A stretch of 40,287 nt of DNA from Dimorphilus gyrociliatus (GCA_904063045.1 CAJFCJ010000009.1:1-40287); one strand, 5' to 3'. Positions 12,301 to 26,123 are shown, counted from the first letter of the stretch. Translations and numbers: made by a program. Notes: generated by a model not told the origin, from the letters alone.

Positions 12301-15300
12301 AAAATTAGAATCAGGGCAAGGAGAAGATTACGGATCTGTTTGGTCTTTCACTTGTTCACCTGGTCAGGAATTAACTATATATCCCACAGTAGTCTGTTTG
12401 GGAAACGATTGGTCTTCAACATCTAATCTCGCATGCTCAGGTAGGTTGTCGATTTGATTTAATCTGCGAAGGAAAGTTTTAATTCTCCTTAATTTTCAGA
12501 CATAATTTGTAAAATTCCAACCGTTGATAAAGCTACATTTACACCAAATACTCCTCCTAAAGTCAATGAAGAAATATCTGTTTCTTGCGCAACTGGATAC
12601 AAAATAGAAGGCAATTCCGTCATGAAGTGTCTGGAAACTGGAATTTTTAACGAAATACCAAAATGTATTGGTAAGTAGAGAAATAAATTAAATAGATTTC
12701 ATATTTCATAAATTTTGTTTGTTGAATAGATGACAATGAATGCGATAATCCAGCAAAACATAAATGTACCGGTAATGCCATCTGTGTAAATACGGAGGGA
12801 AGTCACGAATGCGAATGTCCAAGTGGTTATCAATTGACAGCAAATAAAACATCGTGCGAAGATTTTAATGAATGTGATGTGGGCAATGGAGATTGTGATC
12901 ATAAATGCTCAAATTCTGAAGGTAAATTAAAAACTTTGCTCGAGTACTAGCATCAATTTTTCATCGTTCTTTCCAATTATTTAATAGGAAGCTATGAATG
13001 TTCGTGCAACAACGGGTTTGTTCTTTTTGATGAGGATGGAAAGAATGGTTTCTTCATTCCATCAGGAGAAACTGGTAGAGAATCTTGGAATAAATTTCAC
13101 TTGAATCATACTTGCATACGTAAGTTACTATTATTTGAAATACGAACAAAAAAATGCTCATTCTATTAATATTCATTCAGGCGTTCGATGTCCTATTTTC
13201 AAACCTGATGATCTTCCTAATGGCGTTATTCTTGGCCTCAATAACCTACCATCTTATCAAGATAAAGTATATATAACATGCGATCTAGGTTATCAGTTAG
13301 CAGCTAATGAGCCAAATTTTTTGACTTGCACCGCATCGGGACAATACGATCGTTCTCCCCCACCATGTTTAAGTTTGTAGAATAAATATTAATACATTTT
13401 TTATACTGTTCTTTTTTTAAATCTAAACTTCTCTTTTCAGGGGCAAACTGTACAAAACCAAAAAAAGATCAAAATATTCAAGGTTATTATCCAACTGTTA
13501 CGCAATCGCAAGTTGCCTATGGAGAAACTATGGATCTTATATGCAACAGACTAACATTGAACGCAAAGATCTATTCAGAAAGGTGTGAATATGACTCAAG
13601 AACTCATACCTATGAAATAGTCGCCGGCGTTGGTCGAATTTGCGATAATGGTCAATATATACTTTAGCAATAACTTTAGTAAATTTCTCACCTTTACTTT
13701 ATTAATCCTATTTGAACAGTTCTTGATTGCGGTCGATTGGATAAGGTTGAAGGGGTTGAGCCATTTTCCGTAACAACAGCAACTACGTTTGGTGGAGAGG
13801 CTGATTTTGTTTGTAAAAATTTGTTTACCCTTAAAGGATCGCAAGTTCAAGTGACGACGACTGCTCTCCCACCTGGAAAACTCCATTGCCGTGGACGTTT
13901 TTGGAATTTAGGAGATTTACGTTGTGAAGGTAAAATATTAATACAATTTAATGAATAGTATTCATAATTAATTAAGGAAAATATGTGTAACCTAGGTGAC
14001 ACTTGTTCCGATCCTGGTACTCCTGCTGGAGGAAAACAAATTGCTACCAGCTACACAGTCAACTCGGATGCCATATTCACATGTGATCGACCTGGTTTTC
14101 AGCCAACATTTCCCAATATAACATGTATAAGCGATACAACGGTGAAATGGAGTGGACCAATCCCAACTTGCGATGGTTGGTTATAATTCAATTACTTATT
14201 GTAATAACGCTTTCTCTTTTTAAATAGACGTTGAAGTACCAGTTTTTCAAAATTGCCCATCGAGTACAATTTCTATCGACAAGTTAAAGGCAGCAAACAT
14301 TCCGCAAGTTACAGCAACGGATAATTCTGGCCTTGTTAAATCATTCACAGTCAATCCGATTTGGTTTTCTTCTAATGTAGCTCTTAAAGAAACTCTTGAT
14401 GTTACCTATACAGCAGAAGATCACGCTGGAAATCAGGCAAAATGTTCATTTACAATAAGAGTTAAAGGTATTACAATCTGTACACTTGGAAATCTAATAT
14501 TGACTTTTTAACATATTATTAATACTGTTCTTAGATGATCAACCACCATCTATTTCTTGTCCAACCTCGTACGTCCATAGAATTACCGAAAATAGGATTG
14601 GCTATAGTGTTACAGATAATAATGCAGCTACCGCCACCGATAATCTTGGAACACCAACTATTACGTACAATCCTTCAACTATTGATTATACAACGAATGA
14701 TGCTCTTGATAGAACCAACTATGTGATATCTGCTACCGCAACAGATTCCGATGGAAATTCGGCTAGTTGCAAATATATGATCACTGTTATACGTAAGATT
14801 TGTATAATATCCTTTTTAAAGTCATCTGATGATTGTTGTTATTCTTGTTTTTAGCTGAAAAATGTCAACTTTGGGCTATTAAAGCACCGAAAGATGGATA
14901 TGCCGCAACACCTTGCGCTTTGAACCAAGGAACAGGAATTGCCAGTTGTCGTTTCAGATGCAACTCTGGTAAAGTTCCTCGACACATTTCTCCAGCTGGA
15001 ACAAATAATATAGGTAGTTTCACTATGGAGTATAAATGCGATTCGACAAAAGTCGATGCCGTTTGGAGTTGGGAATACGAGAGTGGAAAATTCTTGGACT
15101 ATGTTCCAGATTGCCAAGGTTTGCTATTCTATCATATGTCAAAATTTCAATGTTTTTCATCTTATGTCAAATATAGACGCCATTCCTGCAAGATACTTGA
15201 TAGAGTATGATATCACATATGAGGCATCAACGTCTATTCCAACAAACAAGAACTGTGATCAACATTACTCGAGTGAAATGCAAATTAGAGCTTCAAATGA

Positions 15301-18300
15301 TACGAATTTCTTAAATGTAATGAACAAGAGATGCAGTGCAGTCTTAGAAAATCTCTATTCATATGATCTAAGCTTTCAGTCCAAGTATTTCAATTACCAA
15401 CAAACCTCAAGCGATTCTGTAAAGTATCATCTCGGATTCTTTGTCGGACCTAACAGTCTATTAAAACTATCTCAAGATATTTGTAAATTTATAATACTTA
15501 TCAATCTACAATTATCATTTGACGAATTCCCAACTGGAGAGATACCAGCTACAAATGACTGTCCACGACTTGTTCAGAGAAATGATACAGACTCTACTGT
15601 CAGCACAAGGATAGATAATAATTTTATCTGCCCAAAAGGAGAGAAGCTCGTTTTAAGTTCTGCAAAATTGAGTTTATGCGGTAGGAAAATATTTTTATCT
15701 TCTGAAAACCCTTGAATACCTATTTATAATAATTTTTCCTAATAGTAAAGTGCGATAAGGGCACTTATTTCAATGAAACTTCGAACGATTGTCTACCTTG
15801 TCCGGCTGGTCAATACCAGGATGAGTTTGGTAGGAGTGAATGTAAAAAGTGTGGCGATGATGAGTGGACTCCTTCCGAGGGTTCACTTACCCAGTCGGAT
15901 TGCAAACGTAATTGCTTTATTAAATATTATTTCATGCTTTTAACGGTCTTGTTATGTTTTAGCTGCCTGTAAAACTTATGGCATGATTTCTGCCACTAAA
16001 GTTGGACCCTGTGTAGAGTGTGCTGCAAATTCATACATGATTGACTCATCTAATTGCCAACCTTGTGACGGATCTAAAAAAACTGAAGGCACCGGTAAAA
16101 GCTCTCCAGACGATTGCAAAGAACCTTGCGCACTTGGTTTTTTCTCTAGGAAAACTGGTTTTACAGCTTGCGAAAAATGTCCAGTAAATTTTTATTCGGA
16201 GGTATCAGCTTCAACAACTTGTAAGGAATGCGCCGGAACTGAGTATACAGTGACTGACGAATCAAAAAGTTCATCTGATTGCCTAGACGCTGGTAAGTAA
16301 AAAATAACTCTAAACTAGTTATTCAAGTATTCCACTCATTAAAATTACTGTACAGTTGCGAATTTGTGCAATGGAGCATTGGCTTGTAGCAATCAGGGAA
16401 CTTGTAGTGTTCAGAACCATAAGAAAATATGCTCTTGCAACGCAGGTTTATATTATAAAAAGTGTAAATATTCTTAATTAAAATCTAATTATCTCTTTCA
16501 CAAAGGTTACGATGGAGAATCCTGCGAAAATCAAATAAATCATTGTCTATCTAGTCCTTGTTATAACGGTGGTACTTGCAACGGAAAAGTTAACGGTTTT
16601 ACATGTTCCTGCCCAAGTAAATAGCTTTCTTTAATAAATTATTAAATCTAATTAAAATAATTAGATGAAATTATATAATCATATATTCATATTAAATATT
16701 TATTAGATGGAATTACCGGCGATCGATGTGAAACTACAACCAAACGCTGTACATCAACGACATGCACATTCGGATTCTGCAAAGACAATCCTTTCGATAC
16801 AGAATGTCTCTGTCCACCAGGCTATACAGGATCAAGGTTTTATCTCCTAATTGTACGAAAATAACCTATTCTAATAAATCTACTATTGTATATAGCTGCG
16901 AGCAATCATCGGATATTTGCGCAAATAATCCCTGTAAAAACAATGGTGAATGCAGAACAAGTGGTTCTAAAGGAGTTCATATTGAATGTCATTGCGACTT
17001 TTCTAGATTCTTTGGAAAACGTTGCGAATTTTCCAAAGGTTCGACTTCTTAAACATTTCACATCAACAGTTGTTATAATTATATTTTTATCTAAAATTTA
17101 GAACCTTGTAGTATAAATCCATGCTTATACGGTGGAGTTTGCGAAAGCGTCGACGAAATTGAATACAAGTGTAAGTGCTCTCCAGGATTTAGTGGTAAAA
17201 ATTGCGAAATAGTACCACCTTGTACCCCTAATATTTGTGGAGATTCTGGAATATGTAAATTTGATTTCAAAGTCCATAATCATATTTGCATATGCAAAGA
17301 GGGCTATGTAGCCGGTATGTAAAGACTTTAAATATCTTGTTAATAGGATAATTAACTATATATTCATAATCAATTAAGCCATCGGAGCTAATAATAATAC
17401 ATGGTTACAAAGTATAACTGGTAAGTCTGTGATTATATAAATAGAAGCATTAATAAATCAATTAGGCAAATGTAATTAATATTTTTTCAAATTAAGCTGC
17501 ATCTGTTGGACAATGCGTCAAGAGTAACGCCTGTACATCTAGCCCTTGTCAGAATAATGCTGTATGTGAGCAAAAGAATACTGGAGTGGGATACGAGTAT
17601 GTGAAAACTTCATTTAAAGATAATTAGTTCAGTAATAATTAAATTTTAATTTATAAAGGTGTAAATGTAAACCAGGCTATTCTGGTGGAAACTGTCAGAA
17701 TAATATTGATGAATGCGCAATAAAACCGTGCGGAAGGTATCATTCTATTTTCGATTTCATCTTATCTGACATGACAATACTTATCTAACTTTCTTCTATC
17801 TTGTTTTCAAAAAGATACGGCGAAAAATGCGAAGATCTTATAGCAGACTATAAGTGTACTTGTCAAACTGGCGTAACAGGTGAAATTCACTTGCTTCATA
17901 TATATACGAAAAAAAATATTACATTCATCTACTTCTCTAATTTAGGAAAGAATTGCGATGGCTTTGAGGACAAATGTGTTTCTAATCCGTGTGATCCAAC
18001 TGGAACGAATAGCACTATATTTGACAATGGATGCGAAAAGATTTTGAACAGTTATATTTGCCACTGCAAAGGTTTGTAATCAGGCTATCAGGCTATAAGA
18101 AAGAGTTATTAAAGTTTACTTTTTTTTCAGATGGATTTGAAGGACAGGATTGCGGGGTAAATATCAACGATTGTCCTGGAAATATCTGTCGCCACGGTGG
18201 TGTCTGTAAAGATTTAGTAAACGATTGGCAATGCGACTGTAAGTCAGGATGGACTGGTAAATTTTGCGAGACTCCAAAAGATTTCTGTCAAGCTTCTCCC

Positions 18301-21300
18301 TGTACAAATGGCGGAACGTGCTTTAATTCAGAAAATGGATACTTCTGCTTGTAAATTTCCACTTCTTTTGACATATTTTTACTAAAAACTGGATCGTTTT
18401 TTATCTTTTTTTCCCTTAACTAGATGTAGGGCAGGCGATCACGGAAAAACTTGTAATGTAGACTCGAGAATGTGCACTAAAGTTGATGCTTGTATTGACA
18501 ATGATGCCACCTGTAGCGACAATAACGATGGTAGTGCAACTTGTACTTGTTCAAGAAGTTCGTTTTTATCTACATTCATTAGAATAACAATTATTAAGTC
18601 CATTTTTTTCTTTTAAAGACTATATCGGAGAGAGCTGTCACATTAAGAGAGACTTTTGTAGTGGTTTAGGCATCTGCTTGAATGGAGGTCAATGCTCCTA
18701 TACTAAGGGTGGCTTTTCCTGCAATTGTCCCGAAGGTATTTTTTCTTCCCTCCTCTTTTCTATATCTTGATACTTTATCTTCTAATATACATTTGTTGTT
18801 TGAATTTTTCGTTCAGACTTTAGCGGTGATATTTGTGAGATCAGTCACGACGATTGTCAAGGAAAGACTTGCTTATCCGCAGCGGCAACTTGCGTTGATG
18901 GTGTTGGGGATTACTTTTGCGAATGTCCTTTGGGAAAAATCGGAGACGACTGCAGTAGAGGTAAGATTTTCCTCGTATAACTTAATTAGACAGTAAAACT
19001 ATTAACGGTTACACTTCTATTTTAAGATGCTGATCGTAATTTTGAACTTGTTTTCTCCTCTCCTACTCGAACGGCTATGGCTTTCCAACGTTATCCATTT
19101 ATATTAAATGTAACTGAGTTTACAGTAAGCGTAGGAGCTATTTTCGATATAGGAGAGATCAGAGGGACCTTTCTTACTCTCTTTGGTTTAGAGTAAGTCC
19201 TTTTTCTTGTTTCTGAAAGATCCAGATAGCTTAATTAATTCTCACTAAAAATTCACATAGACATCGCTATCTTACTTCCGATCGGAAAGAGATATTGAAA
19301 ATAAATGAAAGATCAGTAAAGACTACGTTGAACGGAAAAGAAAAGGAATTTAATTTCCCTAATAACGCTCTATTTAATGATGGTCTATGGCATTTTATAG
19401 GTACACTATTACTATTCTTCCTTTTATCATCTTCTATCCTTTACAATTTGATAATTTCTAGGCATAAGTTGGACTGGTAGCACTGGTAAATTAGATATTT
19501 ATATTGACGGTCTCCTAAGAGATACTCAAACCTTTGGAAAAGGCGCAGAATTGCCTGAATAGTATGTTCGTTCAAATGAACATTTTCATTCAATATTAAT
19601 TCTTTTATTTACTTAGTGGCCTATTTGTTCTTGGAAGTGAAATGGATGCAACGGGACACAGACCAGTAGAAAAGTTTGGTTTTACTGGCGCACTTTCTCA
19701 AGTAACAATGTGGAATAGACCTCTATCTTTGCAAGAAATGAGAAATGTTCTATCGAAAACTTTATTAACCCCTAATCAACTTCCTAAGGATTTCATATCA
19801 TTGTGGGATAACTATATATCATCGGAAGGCGTTGATACCCGTGAATTTTGCTTTAGTCAACTAAATTGCCAACAAAATTTGAACGGTAATTTAAATTAAA
19901 GACAATCTGTAATTAAATAATAATAATTAAATATTTCATTAAAGTTGACAAAACTCCACCCGTTATTCTTAATTGCCCTGCGGAACCAATTGAAAAATAC
20001 GGATCAAAAAGACACACTATACTTTCATGGGATGATTTAACCGCCAACGAAGTTAACTCTACAATCAGTATCAAACATCCGAAAGATAGACCTTTTGTTT
20101 GGGGATATTATAGGAATTTGGCTGTAGCTTCAGATACAGCTGGGAATAGAGGAACTTGTTTCTTCCATGTTTTCGTTCAATGTAAGATTCGATTCGTTTA
20201 TGGAGAAATTAATTAAATATTTCTTTAATTTTTCCCGTAGATCATCAACAATGTTCAGCTCCAACAACCCCTAGTCAAGGAACCATTTCATGCAAAGATT
20301 ATGGCCTCTTCTCAGCGTGTAAAGTAATTTGTAATGACGATCATATAATTCCTTACAATACTCCAACTTATTATTCTTGTGGACCTATGAAGAGTTATAA
20401 TGTTAAGAATAAGTTTTTGGACTTTAAACTTGACAGCTGCGAGCGTAAGTCAATAATCTTAAACTAGGAAAGATTGAAATAAAATGTCCACTTTGTCTCC
20501 CACTCTCTCTCTCTCTCTCTAGCATACAAACCGAAGACTATCAAAATAACTCTAAATTTCCAGTATTCCGTACCAACTTGTGATGATGCTCAGAGAGCGG
20601 CAGCTTCCGATCATTTAAATTCGGTTATATCAAGTCTCGATACTATCTGGAAGAGACCTGATGGTAGTGGAGCATTTTGTGGTACGACAGGCTGCGATGC
20701 ATCAAACGTTCAATTTGAGGTAATTGTAGACTATAAATATAGAAAAATGAATAATACTACAGAAATAAATTCGCCAACAGGCGAAATGCCAAACATCTAA
20801 GAGAAGGAGGAGAGCAACAGGAGCTAAAATTGCAGTTACTGGCGTGCTTAGTGGCAGCATACCGTGAGTATTCCCATTTTATATGATACCGGATTTCCTA
20901 TATTCATCTGTCCTTCAGTCCACTTGTTGAACGAAAGAATCCAGATGATACCTTGTCGCCTGTAGATGTCTTAAAACAAGAGCTAATAGATAATTCTGCT
21001 GCACCAATTGTTAGTATTGTTGATTCTCGAGAACTTTCGTAAATCTATTTATACTAATATTTGTTTATATCTTTTTAGCCTGGAAACAATAATGCAGTTC
21101 CAGATTACAGTACTCTTAGTTTAGGTCCACAAGGAATCTGCCCACCAGGACAAGTTGACTTTGGAAAAGGCTGCGGTAAATGATAGCATTTTAGTTTACT
21201 TACTCTAAATTAATCGATTTCCTGCCTTCTTAAATTAACAGTTGAATGTAGTAGAGGAACTAAAGAAGACGGAGGCGTTTGCAAACCATGTCCCATAGGA

Positions 21301-24300
21301 GAATACCAAGATGATCTTGCTCAAACAACCTGTAAACCTTGTCCAACTGGAACAACGGAACTAGCTGGTACATCAAGTGTAAATGACTGTCACGGTAAAT
21401 TTCTTTATCCTTTTATCAATTAAAAAACTGATGACAATGATCATTTCTTAGAAAAATGTTCATCTGGAAGAATGTTCGATAAAACTACAAGTCAATGCGT
21501 TGAATGTCCAATCGGATTTTATCAGAATGAAGAAGGTTCTTTCTTCTGTAAACCTTGCGATTCCATGAAAACAACCCTAGCAAAAGAATCAAACAATGTT
21601 AATCAATGTATTGGTAAGTAATTCGACAGGCTAAAAAAGAAAATATTTCATTTTTAAAATGTTATTTAAACGTTTTCAGATGTTTGTCCGGATGGAGAAG
21701 AAATGATACCAGGTACTGCTACTCGCGATTGTCGCAACTGTACATACGGATTCTACAGAAAAGCTGGAATTGAAGAAAGCTGTACTAAATGTCCCATTGG
21801 TAAAACGACCCCAGAGTTAAGATCGGTTACAGAAAGCCAATGTACCCTTAGTAAGTGATGAGAAGAATAGTTTTCAACGTACAATGTTACTAATTTTAAT
21901 GATAATAATAAAACAGTATATTGTTTGATGGGACAACAACCTAAGTCAGCTACTGAATGCGAAGACTGTCCTAAAGGTAGCTATCAAGATAAGGAGGGTT
22001 GGCCCAAGTGTAAAACCTGTCCAGATGATAAAGGAACAATAGCTGAGGGCTCTACAAAAGAATCTCAATGTTTAAGTTAGTTAATAATTCATTTAACTGC
22101 ATTAATTACTATGATTAAATGTGTAAAATTTTTCTATTTATAGTAAAATGTGATGCCGGAAAGGAAAGTAAGAATTCACAATGTGTCGATTGTGAAATTA
22201 TTTCGTTTAAACCCAAGAGGGGAGTTGAATCCTGCACGGAATGTCCAACTGAATTAAGAACTAGAGCACCAGGGTCTAAATTTCCAGGCGACTGTGTCCT
22301 CAAGAGATGTACCCTTGGAGAAAAATTGATAAATTCCCAAGTGGAACCTGGTTCATGTGAGAAATGTCCTGAAGATTTTTACCAAGACACATTGTATCAG
22401 ACTACTTGTAAGGCATGCCCAAACAATAAATTAACAATTGGTATAGGTAGTAAGAACGAAAGCGACTGTATAGGTAAATTGAAAACTGACAACTTGATTA
22501 GACGTACAACTATTAATGCTTTAAACTTTCATTAGACGACTGTCCTATTGGACAAGGATTTAATTTTGCATCGAGAACTTGTGAACTTTGTGATCAAGGG
22601 ACGATCAGAGTCAACGGAACGAAACCAGTATGTACCCAGTGTTCAAGGCATACTTATCAAGATGAAAGGGGGCAGCAGAGTTGCAAACCATGTCCCAATT
22701 CTAGACAGACAAATTCGGAGGGTGCAAAATTTGAAAGCGATTGTCTTGGTAAATATAAAAGTATAATACTGTTTTGAAGTACCTTCTAATCATTTCAATC
22801 CTTCGTAGACCCTTGCAAAGTAAGTAAACTTTGCCCAAAGGGTACTAAATGCCAATTTGTAAATGGTAAAGTAAATTGTCCATGCGAAATCAGCCACTAT
22901 GTTACCAACAACACAAATATTACTCATCCAGAATGCACTCGTATGTAACTGCTATATCAATAAAACGATTAAAGAGACTAATAATTTTAAACTTGAACTC
23001 ATGTAGAACTGTGTGGAAATCCTGAATATTGCGTGAATGGAATTTGCGATAGCAGCTATGTTAATGACGAAATTCCACCTTGCAAATGTAATTCTGGTTG
23101 GGAAGGACCACGTTGTGATAACTTGAAAAAAGGTTAGTTGTTACTACAAAAATTTATTATATAAACGTTTCTTTAAAACAGAGGATTCGTATACTAAGTA
23201 CATTATTGGAGGATCTATTGGTGGTGCTGTATTCTTAATCCTACTCTGTATTGCCATAGCATACGCCGTGTATAGGTAAAACTAATGAGATAGAACTACT
23301 CCATTCGGAATTAATATAAAACTGTATCATCTATTTTAGGTCGAATTATAAGAACAAGAAAAATGCTTTAGATGAGAAAAAGTTTAAAGAAAACGAACCA
23401 GTAATTGCACCATCAGGTTTGCCTCAACACAATCCATCAATGGCTACCCTATCAAGGATAGGACCAGGTATTTAATATTCAATTTTAATATTTGATATCA
23501 TATTATTATTCATGTTATAATTATAAAATGATAGAACAATATCATTTCATAATTAATTTTACATTTTCTAATGGCTTAATTAATTCCGAAACAAAAAGGT
23601 TCCATAGTGGCAACAGGATATGAACCGAGTCTTTTCGGTATAAACAGTGATATTTTGTAGTGTTTTATATCTTGTATTTGACCTTTAACAAACTTTTTCC
23701 ATATATTATTGCACCATCTTATTTTCTAATTGATGTCTTTTCTCTATTAATTGAATTTTTCTTAGACAATTTAAACCACTTGATATTTAAAAAAAAAACA
23801 TTCTTATTCTTAGTTTGTTTGTTGATGATTTATAACATTTTTAATTTATCAATAATTTCATTATTAATGTAATATTTTTATGTAAAATTTTAGGTACAAT
23901 TGGACATACGATGCCATCCATGTCTTATTATCCAACATTTGCACGTTCAAGAGCAGATGATATATCTATAGCAGGATTTTCAGTGGCCAGTAAATATGTA
24001 TATCACGAGGATATTGATGAAACTCCTCTTAAACCAATAAGTAATATATTGTTCTTTTATTTAAACAACTTTTTACCTTATCAGTGTAATTAAAAATCAA
24101 TTTTAAATTAACAGATAACTCAACATTACCTTTGGACCCTGATTCCGAAGAAAAAATGAGTACTATTGATTTCCCAGGACGAGGACCACCGCCACAATAC
24201 ACTGATACAAGTAAATTAATTAATTTAAAAAACCGTATTCTGTACTAATTATCCTATTTCTTTAAGATGGATCCGCTAAAGCCATAGTTAGAAATTCATA

Positions 24301-24301
24301 A
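9347..24301 (+). CDS. uif: Uninflatable-like giant type I receptor: signal peptide, C-type lectin, LDLa, 3 CUB, ~10 CCP/sushi, ~18 EGF, 3 HYR, LamG/pentraxin, ~10 GCC2/GCC3 (ephrin-receptor-like) repeats, TM, cytoplasmic tail
   Basis: Dozens of short exons join in frame from [20 protein letters not shown] (9347-9406). [14 protein letters not shown], LDLa [16 protein letters not shown] x3, the uif-typical EGF insert [20 protein letters not shown]...NHTCI and WNLGDLRCE are present. [27 protein letters not shown] lies at about 23195-23275, and the last exon is 24267-24301. Domain order matches my recollection of Drosophila Uif. Confidence 0.85.
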
Positions 24302-24595
24302 TACGTCAGAAACAACGTTTGCTGTGCAATGATTTATTATTATTATTATTATTATTATCTTTAAAGCAAGCAAATTTTTTGTAATATTTATCCATTAAAG
24401 GGGAAAGTTAGCTTGTGATTTTTTTACATGTTTTTTTTTATACATAAGACTTCTTCTTTTTTCATTTTGAATGTTTATTTTAACTTTTAATATACTAAAA
24501 GAATTAAATATCTAATCTTTGGTTTGTAGTAAAAATTTCTTAAAAATATAGTATATTTAATTATCTTTAAGTAAATAAGATAATAATAAAAGAAA

Positions 24596-24598
24596 GAT

Positions 24599-24633
<35 letters not shown>
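24596..24633. repeat. (AG)n microsatellite between the convergent uif-like and SWEET 3' ends
   Basis: atagagatag followed by a run of AG units, read directly. Confidence 0.9.
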
Positions 24634-24641
<8 letters not shown>

Positions 24642-24829
24642 CATTCAAGCAGATTTCTTTTATCATTTTATTAGATTATGATTTTGAAAGGTTGGGATAT
24701 GATCTATATTTTCTTTTAGCAGATTATACCATTAAACAGCTTGAATAAAATATTATAACCTAGTCATATATAATCAAATTTTATAGATATCAGTCGTTTC
24801 TCTATGTTAATTGTCAGCTATTATTCACT

Positions 24830-25928
24830 TTACAAGTCCTTTTCTTTCTTGCCTCCGTATAAAAAAATAGCGTATAACTTTATTGTATTCAAGAGGATAC
24901 CAGGAATATTTGGACCCTTAAGGACATTGAAAAAGAAACAATACATATTTAATTCATTTTGACTATAATAATAAAGAACACTTACGTATATATTAATATC
25001 TCCTAACAAAATCCCATACCAAAGCCATGATATTGCGCAAATATTTCCAAAAATAAGCATAACTGGAGGCATACCATTTGCATTTTTATTTTTAAAGTTA
25101 TCAACCTATTGCACAAGATGATAAAATAAAACTATTTGTGATACAACTGTTGATAAGGAAAGCTATTAATCTAACAATACTCACGATCTCAAAAACGGGT
25201 AACACCATCATTATTGTTGTTACAATACTTGAAGATGCTCCAAGTACTGCACCTCTCTGATTGTCGTTGTCGTAGACCGTATAGATATATCCATATATTC
25301 CCAATAGGTAAGAGAGAATAATTGAAAGATATAGTAAAGGTTGTGTCTATGTTGATTATAGAGAAAAAAATTTTTACTATAAATTGGTGTTTTAGCTATG
25401 AATATTTAATCTAAAATACTTGTCCATTACCTTAGATTTACAGACAGATATATAGGCCAATATATAAACAATTTGTAAAATTGTTCCAAAAGAATTTAAC
25501 AGAATAAGTGTTCCATTGTTAATTATTGTTCCATAATGCCACATGCCTTCGCACCTAACAATAATTAAAGAGAATAATAAGTAAAGCATCTATAAATATA
25601 TAACAATTTATTTATCATACCCAACAAGGCCAAGAAGAAAGAATGGATAGGGAACATTTTTAGTACTTTTTGATTTTATCATATTATAACACACTGGTCT
25701 TAGGAAATATGAAAAGATGAAAAAAAAACAATAAATAATAAGATTTATTAATAACTGCTTAGTTCGACTTCTTTCTATAAAAGTATCTATTTGTTTTATG
25801 TAAGATAAAAAACTTCTTTAAAATTTAAACAGCTTATATAAATAAATTGTATAATCTTACAGTCCACTTCCGAACATTAGAAGTGTTATACCAATTGTTA
25901 AGTATTCGATCATCGCCAGAGTATCCAT
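24830..25928 (-). CDS. SLC50A1: SWEET family sugar transporter (~212 aa, 7 TM)
   Basis: Exons 25928-25861, 25698-25621, 25554-25431, 25346-25185, 25105-24986 and 24916-24830 join in frame. Two MtN3 repeats carry MFGSGL, KSTKNVPYPFF, MWHYG, LLNSFG, WLWYG and PNIPG. Confidence 0.92.
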
Positions 25929-26110
25929 TGTTATTGTGGAAGATACTGATTGGTGTCCTTAGGTATTAAACTCAATACGGTCAATATATCTGTCGTCCCT
26001 GCGATAGTCGAAATGTCCTATAACAATCATTTGATAAAAGACGTATAGATGTCGCTTTTACGACAAAAACTTAAACCAGTTGATATCTGAATATTTTACT
26101 ATTGTTCATA

Positions 26111-26123
26111 TTTCCGCGCCAAA
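26111..26123. promoter_or_regulatory. E2F/DP binding site in the SWEET-CHTF18 divergent promoter
   Basis: TTTCCGCGCCAAA (minus strand TTTGGCGCGGAAA) is a canonical E2F element about 85 nt upstream of the CHTF18 ATG. Confidence 0.55.

Noticed and set aside
21241-22750. Periodic exon-intron units as a CRISPR-like or tandem DNA repeat
   Set aside because: The periodicity is protein-level (Cys-rich GCC repeats), with no conserved nucleotide repeat or spacer structure.
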